From a virus, in IMG/VR virus record IMGVR_UViG_3300042197_004429, positions 64,001 to 128,000 of that record: a stretch of DNA of 64,000 nucleotides. One strand, written 5' to 3'. This document shows, in pieces, positions 47,995 to 56,189 of this stretch. The translations under genes and the position numbers were made by a program. Every line of letters begins with the position of its first letter. Positions within the stretch are counted from its first letter, which is position 1. Under the pieces are notes generated by a model. That model did not search any database and was not told where the DNA came from. It worked only from the letters and a program-made list of their open reading frames with translations.

Positions 47995-49081
47995 TTAATT
48001 GTATCAAATCGCTACCGACTACTTGTTCAAATTCTCTCACCATTTTAATGGGCATGTTTATTTCTTTTGCTTTTGCTTTTTGAGAATTTTCTAAAAAAAT
48101 GGAAATGTTATCTTTAGTTACCATTATATCTTGTATGGTTTTTTCTGAAGTTAAAGATCCACAATCGTGGGTGGGATTAAATTGAATTTCATTAAAATTA
48201 TTATCTTTAGCAAAGACCACCATGTCTTCCATTTCTTTCACGTTTAAAGTATTTATGTTGTTATACATTATACTTCGGTGATTTTCTCCTTTTGTTTTGT
48301 TATATAAGTTCAGATTTTTTTGAATTATTTCAAAAAAATCTCTCCTCCTGATTGCTTTATAAGTTTCCTTTGTGGCAGCATCTATTGAAAAATAAATAAA
48401 TGATTTTTTTACTATTTCTAGATATTTTTTTTGTAAAAATTCATTAAAAATAGAACCGTTACTATATGTCCAAAAATTAATATTATTTTGATATTTTTTA
48501 AATTCTATTTCTTCAAAAATTTCAAAAATCAAGTCCTTATAAAAAGGCTCGGCCACACCCAAAACAGAAAACAAAATTAAATTTGGGACAATACATTTTA
48601 TTGATTCTATAATTTTTTTTGTATTATTCAATTTGAAATTTTCGCTTTTTCGAAAAACATCAAAATTTCTGGGGCACATTATGCAAGCTTGATTTTTATC
48701 ATTTGGATTTTCTCCGCCTATGTTGCAATGTGTTGGCGGCAAATCTATCTCTAAAGATATTGGATGATTTTCTAAAAAAACTACTTTTTGATTGTTTTCT
48801 TTTAAATTTTTATTTAGATAAGGACACCCTCCCCATTCTTGACAGTTACTGTGCAACTCTCCATTTAAAGTTTTTTTTCTTATTTCTTTTGAAATACTAT
48901 TGTTCCATATTTCTATGATGTTGTCTTTAAAAACATTGCCTAGAAATTTTTCTTGATAACAACACATTGTCACATCGCCTGTGACGTTTATTTTTACGTG
49001 TCTAAACGGCATTTCACAAAAACTGTAGATTATGTGTTTTTTATTTTTAAAGTTGGGGTTTTGATCTTGATGTTTAAGCAT
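47987..49081 (-). CDS. Radical SAM protein with N-terminal SPASM/twitch domain, CX13CX2C
   Basis: FCEMPF...CC; HCNIGGENPNDKNQACIMC; GVAEPF; SNGS; SIDAAT; start set at ATG 49081. Confidence 0.85.
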   Translation of the reverse strand: MLKHQDQNPNFKNKKHIIYSFCEMPFRHVKINVTGDVTMCCYQEKFLGNVFKDNIIEIWNNSISKEIRKKTLNGELHSNCQEWGGCPYLNKNLKENNQKVVFLENHPISLEIDLPPTHCNIGGENPNDKNQACIMCPRNFDVFRKSENFKLNNTKKIIESIKCIVPNLILFSVLGVAEPFYKDLIFEIFEEIEFKKYQNNINFWTYSNGSIFNEFLQKKYLEIVKKSFIYFSIDAATKETYKAIRRRDFFEIIQKNLNLYNKTKGENHRSIMYNNINTLNVKEMEDMVVFAKDNNFNEIQFNPTHDCGSLTSEKTIQDIMVTKDNISIFLENSQKAKAKEINMPIKMVREFEQVVGSDLIQLTI

Positions 49082-49103
49082 TTTAATAATTCTAAATAAA
49101 TTT

Positions 49104-50042
49104 ATGTTAAATATTTGCAATGAAAACAATAAACATGTCATTTATCATTGGTGGAATGATAATATTAATATTAAACCATATGAAGATTTAAGAAATCCCG
49201 TGGTCTTATCTATTGCCACACTTAGATCTTTTCATAAAAAAATTCCGATTACGATTTTAGATGTTAGTGATTTTGAAAGACCAAAAGAAGATTGGGTTGA
49301 ATTTCAAAAAGCGTTAAATTTTCAAGTTGTAAAAACCAAAACAAGTATTGACACCTCGTCTCCAAGATATTGGAAAGTCTGTTCTAAGGTATCAGATATT
49401 TCTAAAAATATTCAATTTTTAAAAGAGGATAATATAATTTTTGTAGACTCCGATATTTTTTTTGTTAAACCTATTTTGCCTTTATCGTATGAAGATCACC
49501 TCGTTGATAAATTTTGTTGCTTACCTTACAACACCGGATTTTTTTATTTTAATCATAAATTAGAAAAAAATCAAAAAGTGCTTGAAATTTGGAACGAGAC
49601 AATAGTTGAAGCTTTAAAAAATGAAAACTTTTATGAAGAACTTCACAAAGTGATACCATATTATCCTTCTAAGAGTTTACATGATGAAATTTGTATGCAT
49701 TATTTGTTTAAACAAAAAAAGATAAATAATATAAAAAAATTAGATTTTGATGAAAGTTTTATATTTTCACAAGAACATATTTTTCTTGCAAACTACGGTA
49801 AATTTGATAATTTTGAGTTAATATTTAAAAAAATAAAATTTATACACGCTATTACCGCTTTTAATGGCAATAAAAGAGGAATTTTATGTTTATTGATTAA
49901 GGAGATAAATGATTTGATCAATAAATCTTTAAACAAGCGTTTGATCAAAAAAATATTTAGACACGAAATGCCCTTACCTTCTTATTGTATGTCGTCTATA
50001 ATGAGAATGACAAACAAGCAATTTAATTGTCTACTTAATTAA
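49104..50042 (+). CDS. GT-A glycosyltransferase-like protein; paralog of 11432-12373
   Basis: IYHWW, SIATLRS, FVDSDIFF, YNTGFFYF, HDE. Confidence 0.65.
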   Translation: MLNICNENNKHVIYHWWNDNINIKPYEDLRNPVVLSIATLRSFHKKIPITILDVSDFERPKEDWVEFQKALNFQVVKTKTSIDTSSPRYWKVCSKVSDISKNIQFLKEDNIIFVDSDIFFVKPILPLSYEDHLVDKFCCLPYNTGFFYFNHKLEKNQKVLEIWNETIVEALKNENFYEELHKVIPYYPSKSLHDEICMHYLFKQKKINNIKKLDFDESFIFSQEHIFLANYGKFDNFELIFKKIKFIHAITAFNGNKRGILCLLIKEINDLINKSLNKRLIKKIFRHEMPLPSYCMSSIMRMTNKQFNCLLN

Positions 50043-51553
50043 TCATCTAAAGGAATTGAAATTAATTCTATTTCCTTATCCTTAAAATCCGACAGGGCAT
50101 CGTTATAGGTGTTACATATAGGTTTTCCCGGACCATTTAAACTTGTATTTATTAAGCACTCGCTCCCGGTCATTTTTCCATATTCGACAAGTAATTCATG
50201 TAACCAAGGATCTTTATTTTTATTCACAACCTGAGGTCTGCTGCTGTTGTCTTTGTGTACTATGGCCGGACACTCGGTTTGTGCTGCAAGGGTGCATTCA
50301 CACTTGAATTGCATGTATTCTCCCTTTGGTCCAATAAAGTATCGATCAAAACTCTCTTCTGTGACCATCGGAGCAAGTGGGCGATAATATTCTCTTCCTT
50401 TTAGATCTTGTGAAACACGTTTCAAATTTTGGTATTTACTAGCGTTTGCCAAAATGGATCTAAATCCTAAAGCCCTAGGCCCGCACTCAGCTTTTCCACG
50501 AAGTAAGCCGACCACTTTATCTTGCGCAATTAATTTTGCTATTTCTTTTGGCTCTTGAACCCCAGTTTTCGGCAAAGGCTCTTGAAGATACATAATTGAA
50601 GGAGTGTTCAAAGCTGGTGGCCATCTTCCTTTATCTAGAAAATAACCATAGCACGCTGCACCTAAAGCCAATCCGCTATCATTCACAGGCGGTCCAAAAA
50701 CAAAGTCTTTTGTAAGATTTGATATATTTGTATTTAATTCAAGTGCCAAACATGTTCCGCCACCAACTACTATGCCTAATTCTTTGTTGGGTGTAAAATT
50801 TTGTAAGTTTATTAGAATTTTTTCCCAAGTAAAATCCATCCATAATTTATATAATTTAGCCGATAATATCATGTCATTTTTACTAATATTTTTATTTTTA
50901 TTGAAATTAGGAACATCTAAGGGCCAAACTTTTTCAAAAATTGAGTAAATCAAACTTGAAACCTCACTGTTTTTAAATGAACCTAAATCTTCATTTAAAA
51001 ACCCAACGAGACCCATTGTTTTTCCAGCAGTGTCTCCTCCCAACAAATTTCCAACAATCCCGCTTGTTGGTATCTTTGGTTCTAGAACTTTTAAAGAAAA
51101 ACCATCTTCACCAATAAATCCCCCCAAACAAGAAGATGTCTCCCCATTTGCTGTTGATCCAGACCCATCATAGGCCATACAAAATCTTGTGTCATCATTT
51201 TCTCTAAATGACCAAGAACTCAAAATATGACATAAATGATGGTTTATGCAAAAATTTGGAAAATAATCACTCGGCAGATGGGAGCCTATACTCGTATCCG
51301 ACCACTTTGTTGCTATTATTGGATTAATCCAATAATTTATTGGGTTTGGGTTATTAAAAAAAGAAGGAAGACAAATGATGTCTTTTTTTTGAGGTTTTGG
51401 TAAAAATTTTAAAATGGGATTAATGTTATTGTAATACTTTTGTTTACTAAACCGAGATACTTCGGCATAGAACTCTAGTTCGCCATTTTCATTCAAAACA
51501 ACTGCCCCGAGGTCGTGGTTATAGGGATTTATACCAAAATATTTTTTTGTCAT
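50039..51553 (-). CDS. O-carbamoyltransferase (NodU/CmcH family)
   Basis: NHD, NHHLCH, YDGSG, GKTMGL, GGG, GPRALGFRSIL, GREYYRP, VHKDNSSRPQ, INTSLN. Confidence 0.9.
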   Translation of the reverse strand: MTKKYFGINPYNHDLGAVVLNENGELEFYAEVSRFSKQKYYNNINPILKFLPKPQKKDIICLPSFFNNPNPINYWINPIIATKWSDTSIGSHLPSDYFPNFCINHHLCHILSSWSFRENDDTRFCMAYDGSGSTANGETSSCLGGFIGEDGFSLKVLEPKIPTSGIVGNLLGGDTAGKTMGLVGFLNEDLGSFKNSEVSSLIYSIFEKVWPLDVPNFNKNKNISKNDMILSAKLYKLWMDFTWEKILINLQNFTPNKELGIVVGGGTCLALELNTNISNLTKDFVFGPPVNDSGLALGAACYGYFLDKGRWPPALNTPSIMYLQEPLPKTGVQEPKEIAKLIAQDKVVGLLRGKAECGPRALGFRSILANASKYQNLKRVSQDLKGREYYRPLAPMVTEESFDRYFIGPKGEYMQFKCECTLAAQTECPAIVHKDNSSRPQVVNKNKDPWLHELLVEYGKMTGSECLINTSLNGPGKPICNTYNDALSDFKDKEIELISIPLDD

Positions 51554-51597
51554 AATTAAAATCTCAATAAACAAATTTATAAATTATATATAATCTT

Positions 51598-52662
51598 ATG
51601 GCTATAATTAAATCTTTTTGTAATCTTCCTTGGACCAGAATGAAGATTCACTACAATGGTGATGTTTCTATGTGTTGTCATCAATCTTATTTTAGATTGG
51701 GAAATATATTAGAAGAAGATTGGGATAAAATATGGTTTGGTTCAAAAGCAAAAGAAATTAGAGAAACAACTTTGAAAAATCAACTACATGATAATTGTAA
51801 AAAACCTGAGTGTCCTTTCTTCAACGCAGACTTAAACAAAACACGGTTATTCGACATAAACGATAACGAATACCCATCAGAAATAGAATTTGATCTTCAT
51901 GCTTCTCATTGTAATTTTGGAGGTAAAAAAGCTGATCCTGAAAATACATGTATTATGTGTCCCAGATCCTATCCGGAGGTCGCTCAATCTCTAGGCTTAA
52001 TAAAAGATAATGCAAATATTATAGTTGAAAAAATTAAACCCATTTTACCGCATATCAATAGTTTGGCTGTCATGGGATTGGCAGAAATTTTTTGGCAAAA
52101 CAAAATATTTGAAATTTTTGATTTGTTGTCTTTTAAAGATTATAATAATAAAATTTCTTTTTGGGCCAATACGAATGGATCAGTATTTGACCAAAAATCC
52201 GCAGAAAAATTTTCTGATTATGTTCGAAAAAGTGTTATTTGTTTTTCAATTGACGCCTCTAACAAAGAAACTTATCTTAAGATAAGAAAAAATAATGTTT
52301 TTGATAAAGTAATAAGTAATCTTAAAAACTGGAATAAAATTAGAAAAAATTTAAACAAACTAGGAGACGACCATCAACTTTCTATTTACAATAATATAAA
52401 TCTACTAAATGTAAATGAAGTCTCTGACATGGTGGTAATGGCCAAGGAACTTGAAGTCGATGCAATTTATTTAACTCTTACCCATAATGTTGGTAATTTG
52501 CAAAATTTGAATACTCTTGTAATCAATAGTAAGAATTGGCGAATTTTCAGTGAAGCCGAGGAACGGGCAAGAAAAATTGGCGAACAGTTGAATTTCAAAG
52601 TTCACATTTGCAGACCTTTCGATGCAGGTTTTTCACAAAAACTTTATAATATAAGTTTTTAA
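51598..52662 (+). CDS. Radical SAM protein with N-terminal SPASM/twitch domain, CX12CX2C
   Basis: FCNLPW...CC; HCNFGGKKADPENTCIMC; GLAE; NTNGS; SIDAS. Confidence 0.85.
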   Translation: MAIIKSFCNLPWTRMKIHYNGDVSMCCHQSYFRLGNILEEDWDKIWFGSKAKEIRETTLKNQLHDNCKKPECPFFNADLNKTRLFDINDNEYPSEIEFDLHASHCNFGGKKADPENTCIMCPRSYPEVAQSLGLIKDNANIIVEKIKPILPHINSLAVMGLAEIFWQNKIFEIFDLLSFKDYNNKISFWANTNGSVFDQKSAEKFSDYVRKSVICFSIDASNKETYLKIRKNNVFDKVISNLKNWNKIRKNLNKLGDDHQLSIYNNINLLNVNEVSDMVVMAKELEVDAIYLTLTHNVGNLQNLNTLVINSKNWRIFSEAEERARKIGEQLNFKVHICRPFDAGFSQKLYNISF

Positions 52663-54197
52663 TAGACTCTACTATTGAAATTTTTACAGAATTTACTGGC
52701 TTGTTCAGGTATTGAGATTAAATCTAATTCTTTTCCATCCATATCGCTCACAGCATGCTCATAAGTATTACAAATAGGTTTTCCTGCTCTATTTAATGAT
52801 GTGTTTATGAAACATTGATGACCTGTAATTTTCCCATACTCTGTGAGAATTTCATGTAACCAAGGATCTTTTTCTTTGTAAACAACTTGCGGCCTTGAAG
52901 ATAGATCACGATGCACAATTGCAGGCAAATGTTCTTGACATTCTTTTGTACATTCACACCGATACTGCATGTATTCTCCCTTCGGTCCAATAAAGTATTT
53001 GTTAAACTCTTCATTTGTTACTATGGGTGCAACGGGCCTATAGAACTCTCGTCCTTTTATCGTCTCAGAAACTATTTTTAAATTTTCGTATTTTGTTGCC
53101 GATGCAAAAATTGAACGAAAACCCAAAGCACGAGGCCCAGCCTCGCTTTTTCCACGAAGTAATCCCACCACTTTATCTTGCGCAATTAATTTTGCTATTT
53201 CTTTTGGCTCTTGTGGGCCTTTTTGAGGCAAAGATTTATGAATATCATTAATTGCTGGCGTGCTTATCTTATTGGGCCAACTTTTATTCGCATGAAAATA
53301 ACCAAAGACAGCCGCCCCCAAACACAACCCGGTATCATTTATTGGTGGGCAAAAAACCACATCATCTGTGTATTTGGTAACCCTGGTGTTTAATTCTAAA
53401 GCGAGTGCTGTTCCTCCGCTTAATACAATTCCACGATTTTGTTTGTATTTTTCAATATTTTGTTTTAATTTTTCCCAAATTTCTTCAATAATAAATTTAT
53501 AAAAACCTGATATGAATTCCAAATCTGATTGGGATGGGTTATTAAAATGAGGAAAACATGGATCAAAATTATAATAATTCATTGTAGAATTTATTAACTT
53601 TAAAAAGTTTTCTTTGTTAAATTCTAATTTGTTTGGAATAAAACCCGACAGTCCCATTGCTTTTCCAGGTGTGTTGACTCCAAGCAAGTGAGACACGGGT
53701 ATACTTGTTGGAATTGCTATTGATTCGTCAAATTTTTTGAATTCATTTTGATTTATTAATCCTACCAAAGAAGATTTTAAAGGTTTTGAAAAATCTGCCG
53801 TTGGCCCACAGCCGTCAAAAGATATAAATAGTCTTTCGTTATCATTGGGTCTATAAAGCCAAGATGCAAAAGTATGTGCTAAATGATGATCTAAAACAAA
53901 ATGCAAGCTATTTCTACCATGTCCACCAAAAGGATTAGATTTTAATTGTCTAACCAACGTTTCATCGTATCCATCCACAGTAAAAGATTCTTCAAGTGCA
54001 TAAGTCGATGTAAAAATATATTCTTCGTTAATATCCAGAAGATGCGGGAAAGAGGCTAAAATTGGTCCAATGTTATTTGCCATGCATTTAAATCTTGGTT
54101 CATATCTTTCACTTTGTGCATAAAATTCTAAATCTCCATTTTCATCAATTATTGCAATTGATGAATCGTGACCCATATGATAGCCTACATATTTCAT
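52659..54197 (-). CDS. O-carbamoyltransferase (NodU/CmcH family)
   Basis: GHDSS, DHHLAH, FDGCG, GKAMGL, SGG, GPRALGFRSI, GREFYRP, VHRDLSSRPQ, INTSLN. Confidence 0.9.
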   Translation of the reverse strand: MKYVGYHMGHDSSIAIIDENGDLEFYAQSERYEPRFKCMANNIGPILASFPHLLDINEEYIFTSTYALEESFTVDGYDETLVRQLKSNPFGGHGRNSLHFVLDHHLAHTFASWLYRPNDNERLFISFDGCGPTADFSKPLKSSLVGLINQNEFKKFDESIAIPTSIPVSHLLGVNTPGKAMGLSGFIPNKLEFNKENFLKLINSTMNYYNFDPCFPHFNNPSQSDLEFISGFYKFIIEEIWEKLKQNIEKYKQNRGIVLSGGTALALELNTRVTKYTDDVVFCPPINDTGLCLGAAVFGYFHANKSWPNKISTPAINDIHKSLPQKGPQEPKEIAKLIAQDKVVGLLRGKSEAGPRALGFRSIFASATKYENLKIVSETIKGREFYRPVAPIVTNEEFNKYFIGPKGEYMQYRCECTKECQEHLPAIVHRDLSSRPQVVYKEKDPWLHEILTEYGKITGHQCFINTSLNRAGKPICNTYEHAVSDMDGKELDLISIPEQASKFCKNFNSRVY

Positions 54198-54272
54198 TTT
54201 TGCCTCACAAATCTTATATTTTATAAATGATTTTGAGTTTATTTTTTAATTGCACGTTATAATAAATAAAAT

Positions 54273-55394
54273 ATGTTAAAAACGTCCCACACAATCGAGT
54301 CTTTTTGTTCTTATCCTTTCACCAGACTAAAGTTTACTCCAGAGGGCGATGTTACCATGTGTTGTTTTCAAACTAGAAAGTGTTTGGGCAATATATTAGA
54401 AAAATCTCTTGAGCAAATTTGGTTTAGCGATTTGGCTAAAAAAATCAGATCAGAGACCGAGAAAGGCCGTCTTCATCGATTATGTGCCAACAATGTTTGT
54501 CCATTTTTTTACGACACAGACAAAAAAAACTTTGAATTTAATGCTTGTTCGTATCCCATCGAGTTTGAAATTGATCTTCCTACACAACATTGCAATATTG
54601 GCGGTGAAAATCCTAGCGCTAAAAATCCTGCTTGTATAATGTGCGAAAGAAATATGCCTTCATTCAAGCATCAAAAAGATTATTTAAATGAAATATGTAA
54701 AAAATTAAAGCCATATACAAGATATTTAAAAGCATTACATATACAAGGAATTGCTGAGTCTTTTTGGAAAGATAGAATTTTTGAAATTATAAATATTCTC
54801 GGTGTTGAAACTTATAAAAGAAAAATTCGTATTTCAACAACAACAAATGGAACTCTTATGAGCGAAAAAAGATCAAAAAGGTTTTTAGACTTTCCTCTTT
54901 CAACTATAGTGTGGTCTTTAGATGCATCTACTCCAGAAACTTATAAAAAAATAAGACAAGTAGACATGTATAATAAAATAATTGAAAATCTCAAATTCTA
55001 CGCAAAAGAAAGAGATCCTTGCAATCAATTTTTGCATATTCACAATACTATAAACACCATTAATTTAGATGAAGTTGTTGGCATGGTAGAGATTGCTGCT
55101 GAAGTCGGAGTTAATTGCTTAGAATTTAATGCTACTTATGGTGGTCTTGATATTTGTGTAAACAAAAATAATTTTCTTTTATTTAAAGATGCTCAAAATA
55201 AAATTATAGAAATTTCTCAAAAACTTGGAGTTTATACAATTTTTATGCGTGATTTATACTTGGATTTTGATTCTAATATTGAAAATAATCTTATTCAACT
55301 ACAGGTTACAAAAAAAGATGATAATCAAAGCCTTCCAGATTATTTAAAACCAATAGATATTAATTTGTCACCAGACGGACAACTATTTGATTAA
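54273..55394 (+). CDS. Radical SAM protein with N-terminal SPASM/twitch domain, CX13CX2C
   Basis: FCSYPF...CC; HCNIGGENPSAKNPACIMC; GIAE; TTNG; SLDAST. Confidence 0.85.
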   Translation: MLKTSHTIESFCSYPFTRLKFTPEGDVTMCCFQTRKCLGNILEKSLEQIWFSDLAKKIRSETEKGRLHRLCANNVCPFFYDTDKKNFEFNACSYPIEFEIDLPTQHCNIGGENPSAKNPACIMCERNMPSFKHQKDYLNEICKKLKPYTRYLKALHIQGIAESFWKDRIFEIINILGVETYKRKIRISTTTNGTLMSEKRSKRFLDFPLSTIVWSLDASTPETYKKIRQVDMYNKIIENLKFYAKERDPCNQFLHIHNTINTINLDEVVGMVEIAAEVGVNCLEFNATYGGLDICVNKNNFLLFKDAQNKIIEISQKLGVYTIFMRDLYLDFDSNIENNLIQLQVTKKDDNQSLPDYLKPIDINLSPDGQLFD

Positions 55395-55434
55395 CAATAG
55401 TAAATATAAGCAGGACATAATTAAAGGAGGATTT

Positions 55435-55683
55435 ATGTTTTATATACTTGGTTGGTTATTTTATGGTCTTTTAGTAGGCTTAATCGCAAAAGCATTTCAT
55501 CCCGGAGATGAAGCAAAAGGTTTTCTTCCAACAATTGGAATAGGTATAGCTGGCAGCTATGTTGGTGGATTAATCAATTATTTAATAGGCGCAGGTGGTA
55601 GCCCAATTTCGCCATCAGGTTTTTTGATGGGAATAGTTGGCGGCGTTTTGTTTTGTTGGATCTATAAAAAATATTTAGCCTAA
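55435..55683 (+). CDS. GlsB/YeaQ/YmgE (transglycosylase-associated) membrane protein
   Basis: W...GL.VGLIAK...PG...G...TI.IGIAGS.VGG...G....IVGGVL; AAGGAGG RBS. Confidence 0.85.
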   Translation: MFYILGWLFYGLLVGLIAKAFHPGDEAKGFLPTIGIGIAGSYVGGLINYLIGAGGSPISPSGFLMGIVGGVLFCWIYKKYLA

Positions 55684-55714
55684 ATTGTTTGGGGGCTTTT
55701 TGCCCCCAAACAAT
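55684..55714. terminator. Perfect 13-bp hairpin, probable terminator
   Basis: ATTGTTTGGGGGC-TTTTT-GCCCCCAAACAAT. Confidence 0.75.
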
Positions 55715-55734
55715 CTTTTGCAACGGAGGGAACC

Positions 55735-56059
55735 GTGCAAAAATTTTGCTTTTCAATCAAGCCATACACTCAAGGAAGTTTGTGGTTTTTTGACGATTTA
55801 AAAAATGGACTTGTCAAAGAACCCCTGACCGATGGTGTGCCACAGGTCATAACTAGGGCTTGCCAAAAAAAAATCATTAAATCAAAATATCCAAATACAT
55901 TTTTCAAATTTTGAATTTAGTGAATTTGTTCTTGATTTTCGAAAGCCACTTAGAAACGGAAATGTTTACCACTGGAAAAAAGAAGGTTTAACGTGTTGGT
56001 TTTGCCCAGCATTATTTAAATATTTTGTTGTTGCTCCTAAAAAATCTGGTTTTTTCTAA
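55735..56059 (+). pseudogene. Frameshifted DUF6717-like gene
   Basis: GGAGG RBS and GTG start; IKPY...WFFDD...GLVKEP..DGVP in one frame, FS...WFCPALFKYF...P in another; break at the A9 tract 55865-55873. Confidence 0.65.
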
Positions 56060-56090
56060 ACCAAACAAAAAACTAAAATCAAAATCAGAT

Positions 56091-56119
56091 TTGCTGATTA
56101 TATTATATTTTGGTATATT
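56091..56119 (+). promoter_or_regulatory. sigma70-type promoter
   Basis: TTGCTG (56091-56096), 17 nt, TATATT (56114-56119). Confidence 0.55.
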
Positions 56120-56122
56120 CCG

Positions 56123-56180
56123 GCCCGGTGGTGTGTACGATCTGGTTCAACTCCAGCCTCACATCATCGGGCTTTTTTTT
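56123..56180 (+). ncRNA. Putative T-loop minihelix small RNA or leader attenuator
   Basis: 13-bp stem GCCCGGTGGTGTG/CACATCATCGGGC enclosing CTGG-TTCAACT-CCAG (tRNA T-arm consensus), followed by T8. Confidence 0.5.
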
Positions 56181-56189
56181 GGAGATTTT

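Noticed and set aside
56123-56180. Canonical tRNA gene
   Set aside because: T-arm present, but no D arm, anticodon arm or correctly placed acceptor strand; kept only as a minihelix candidate
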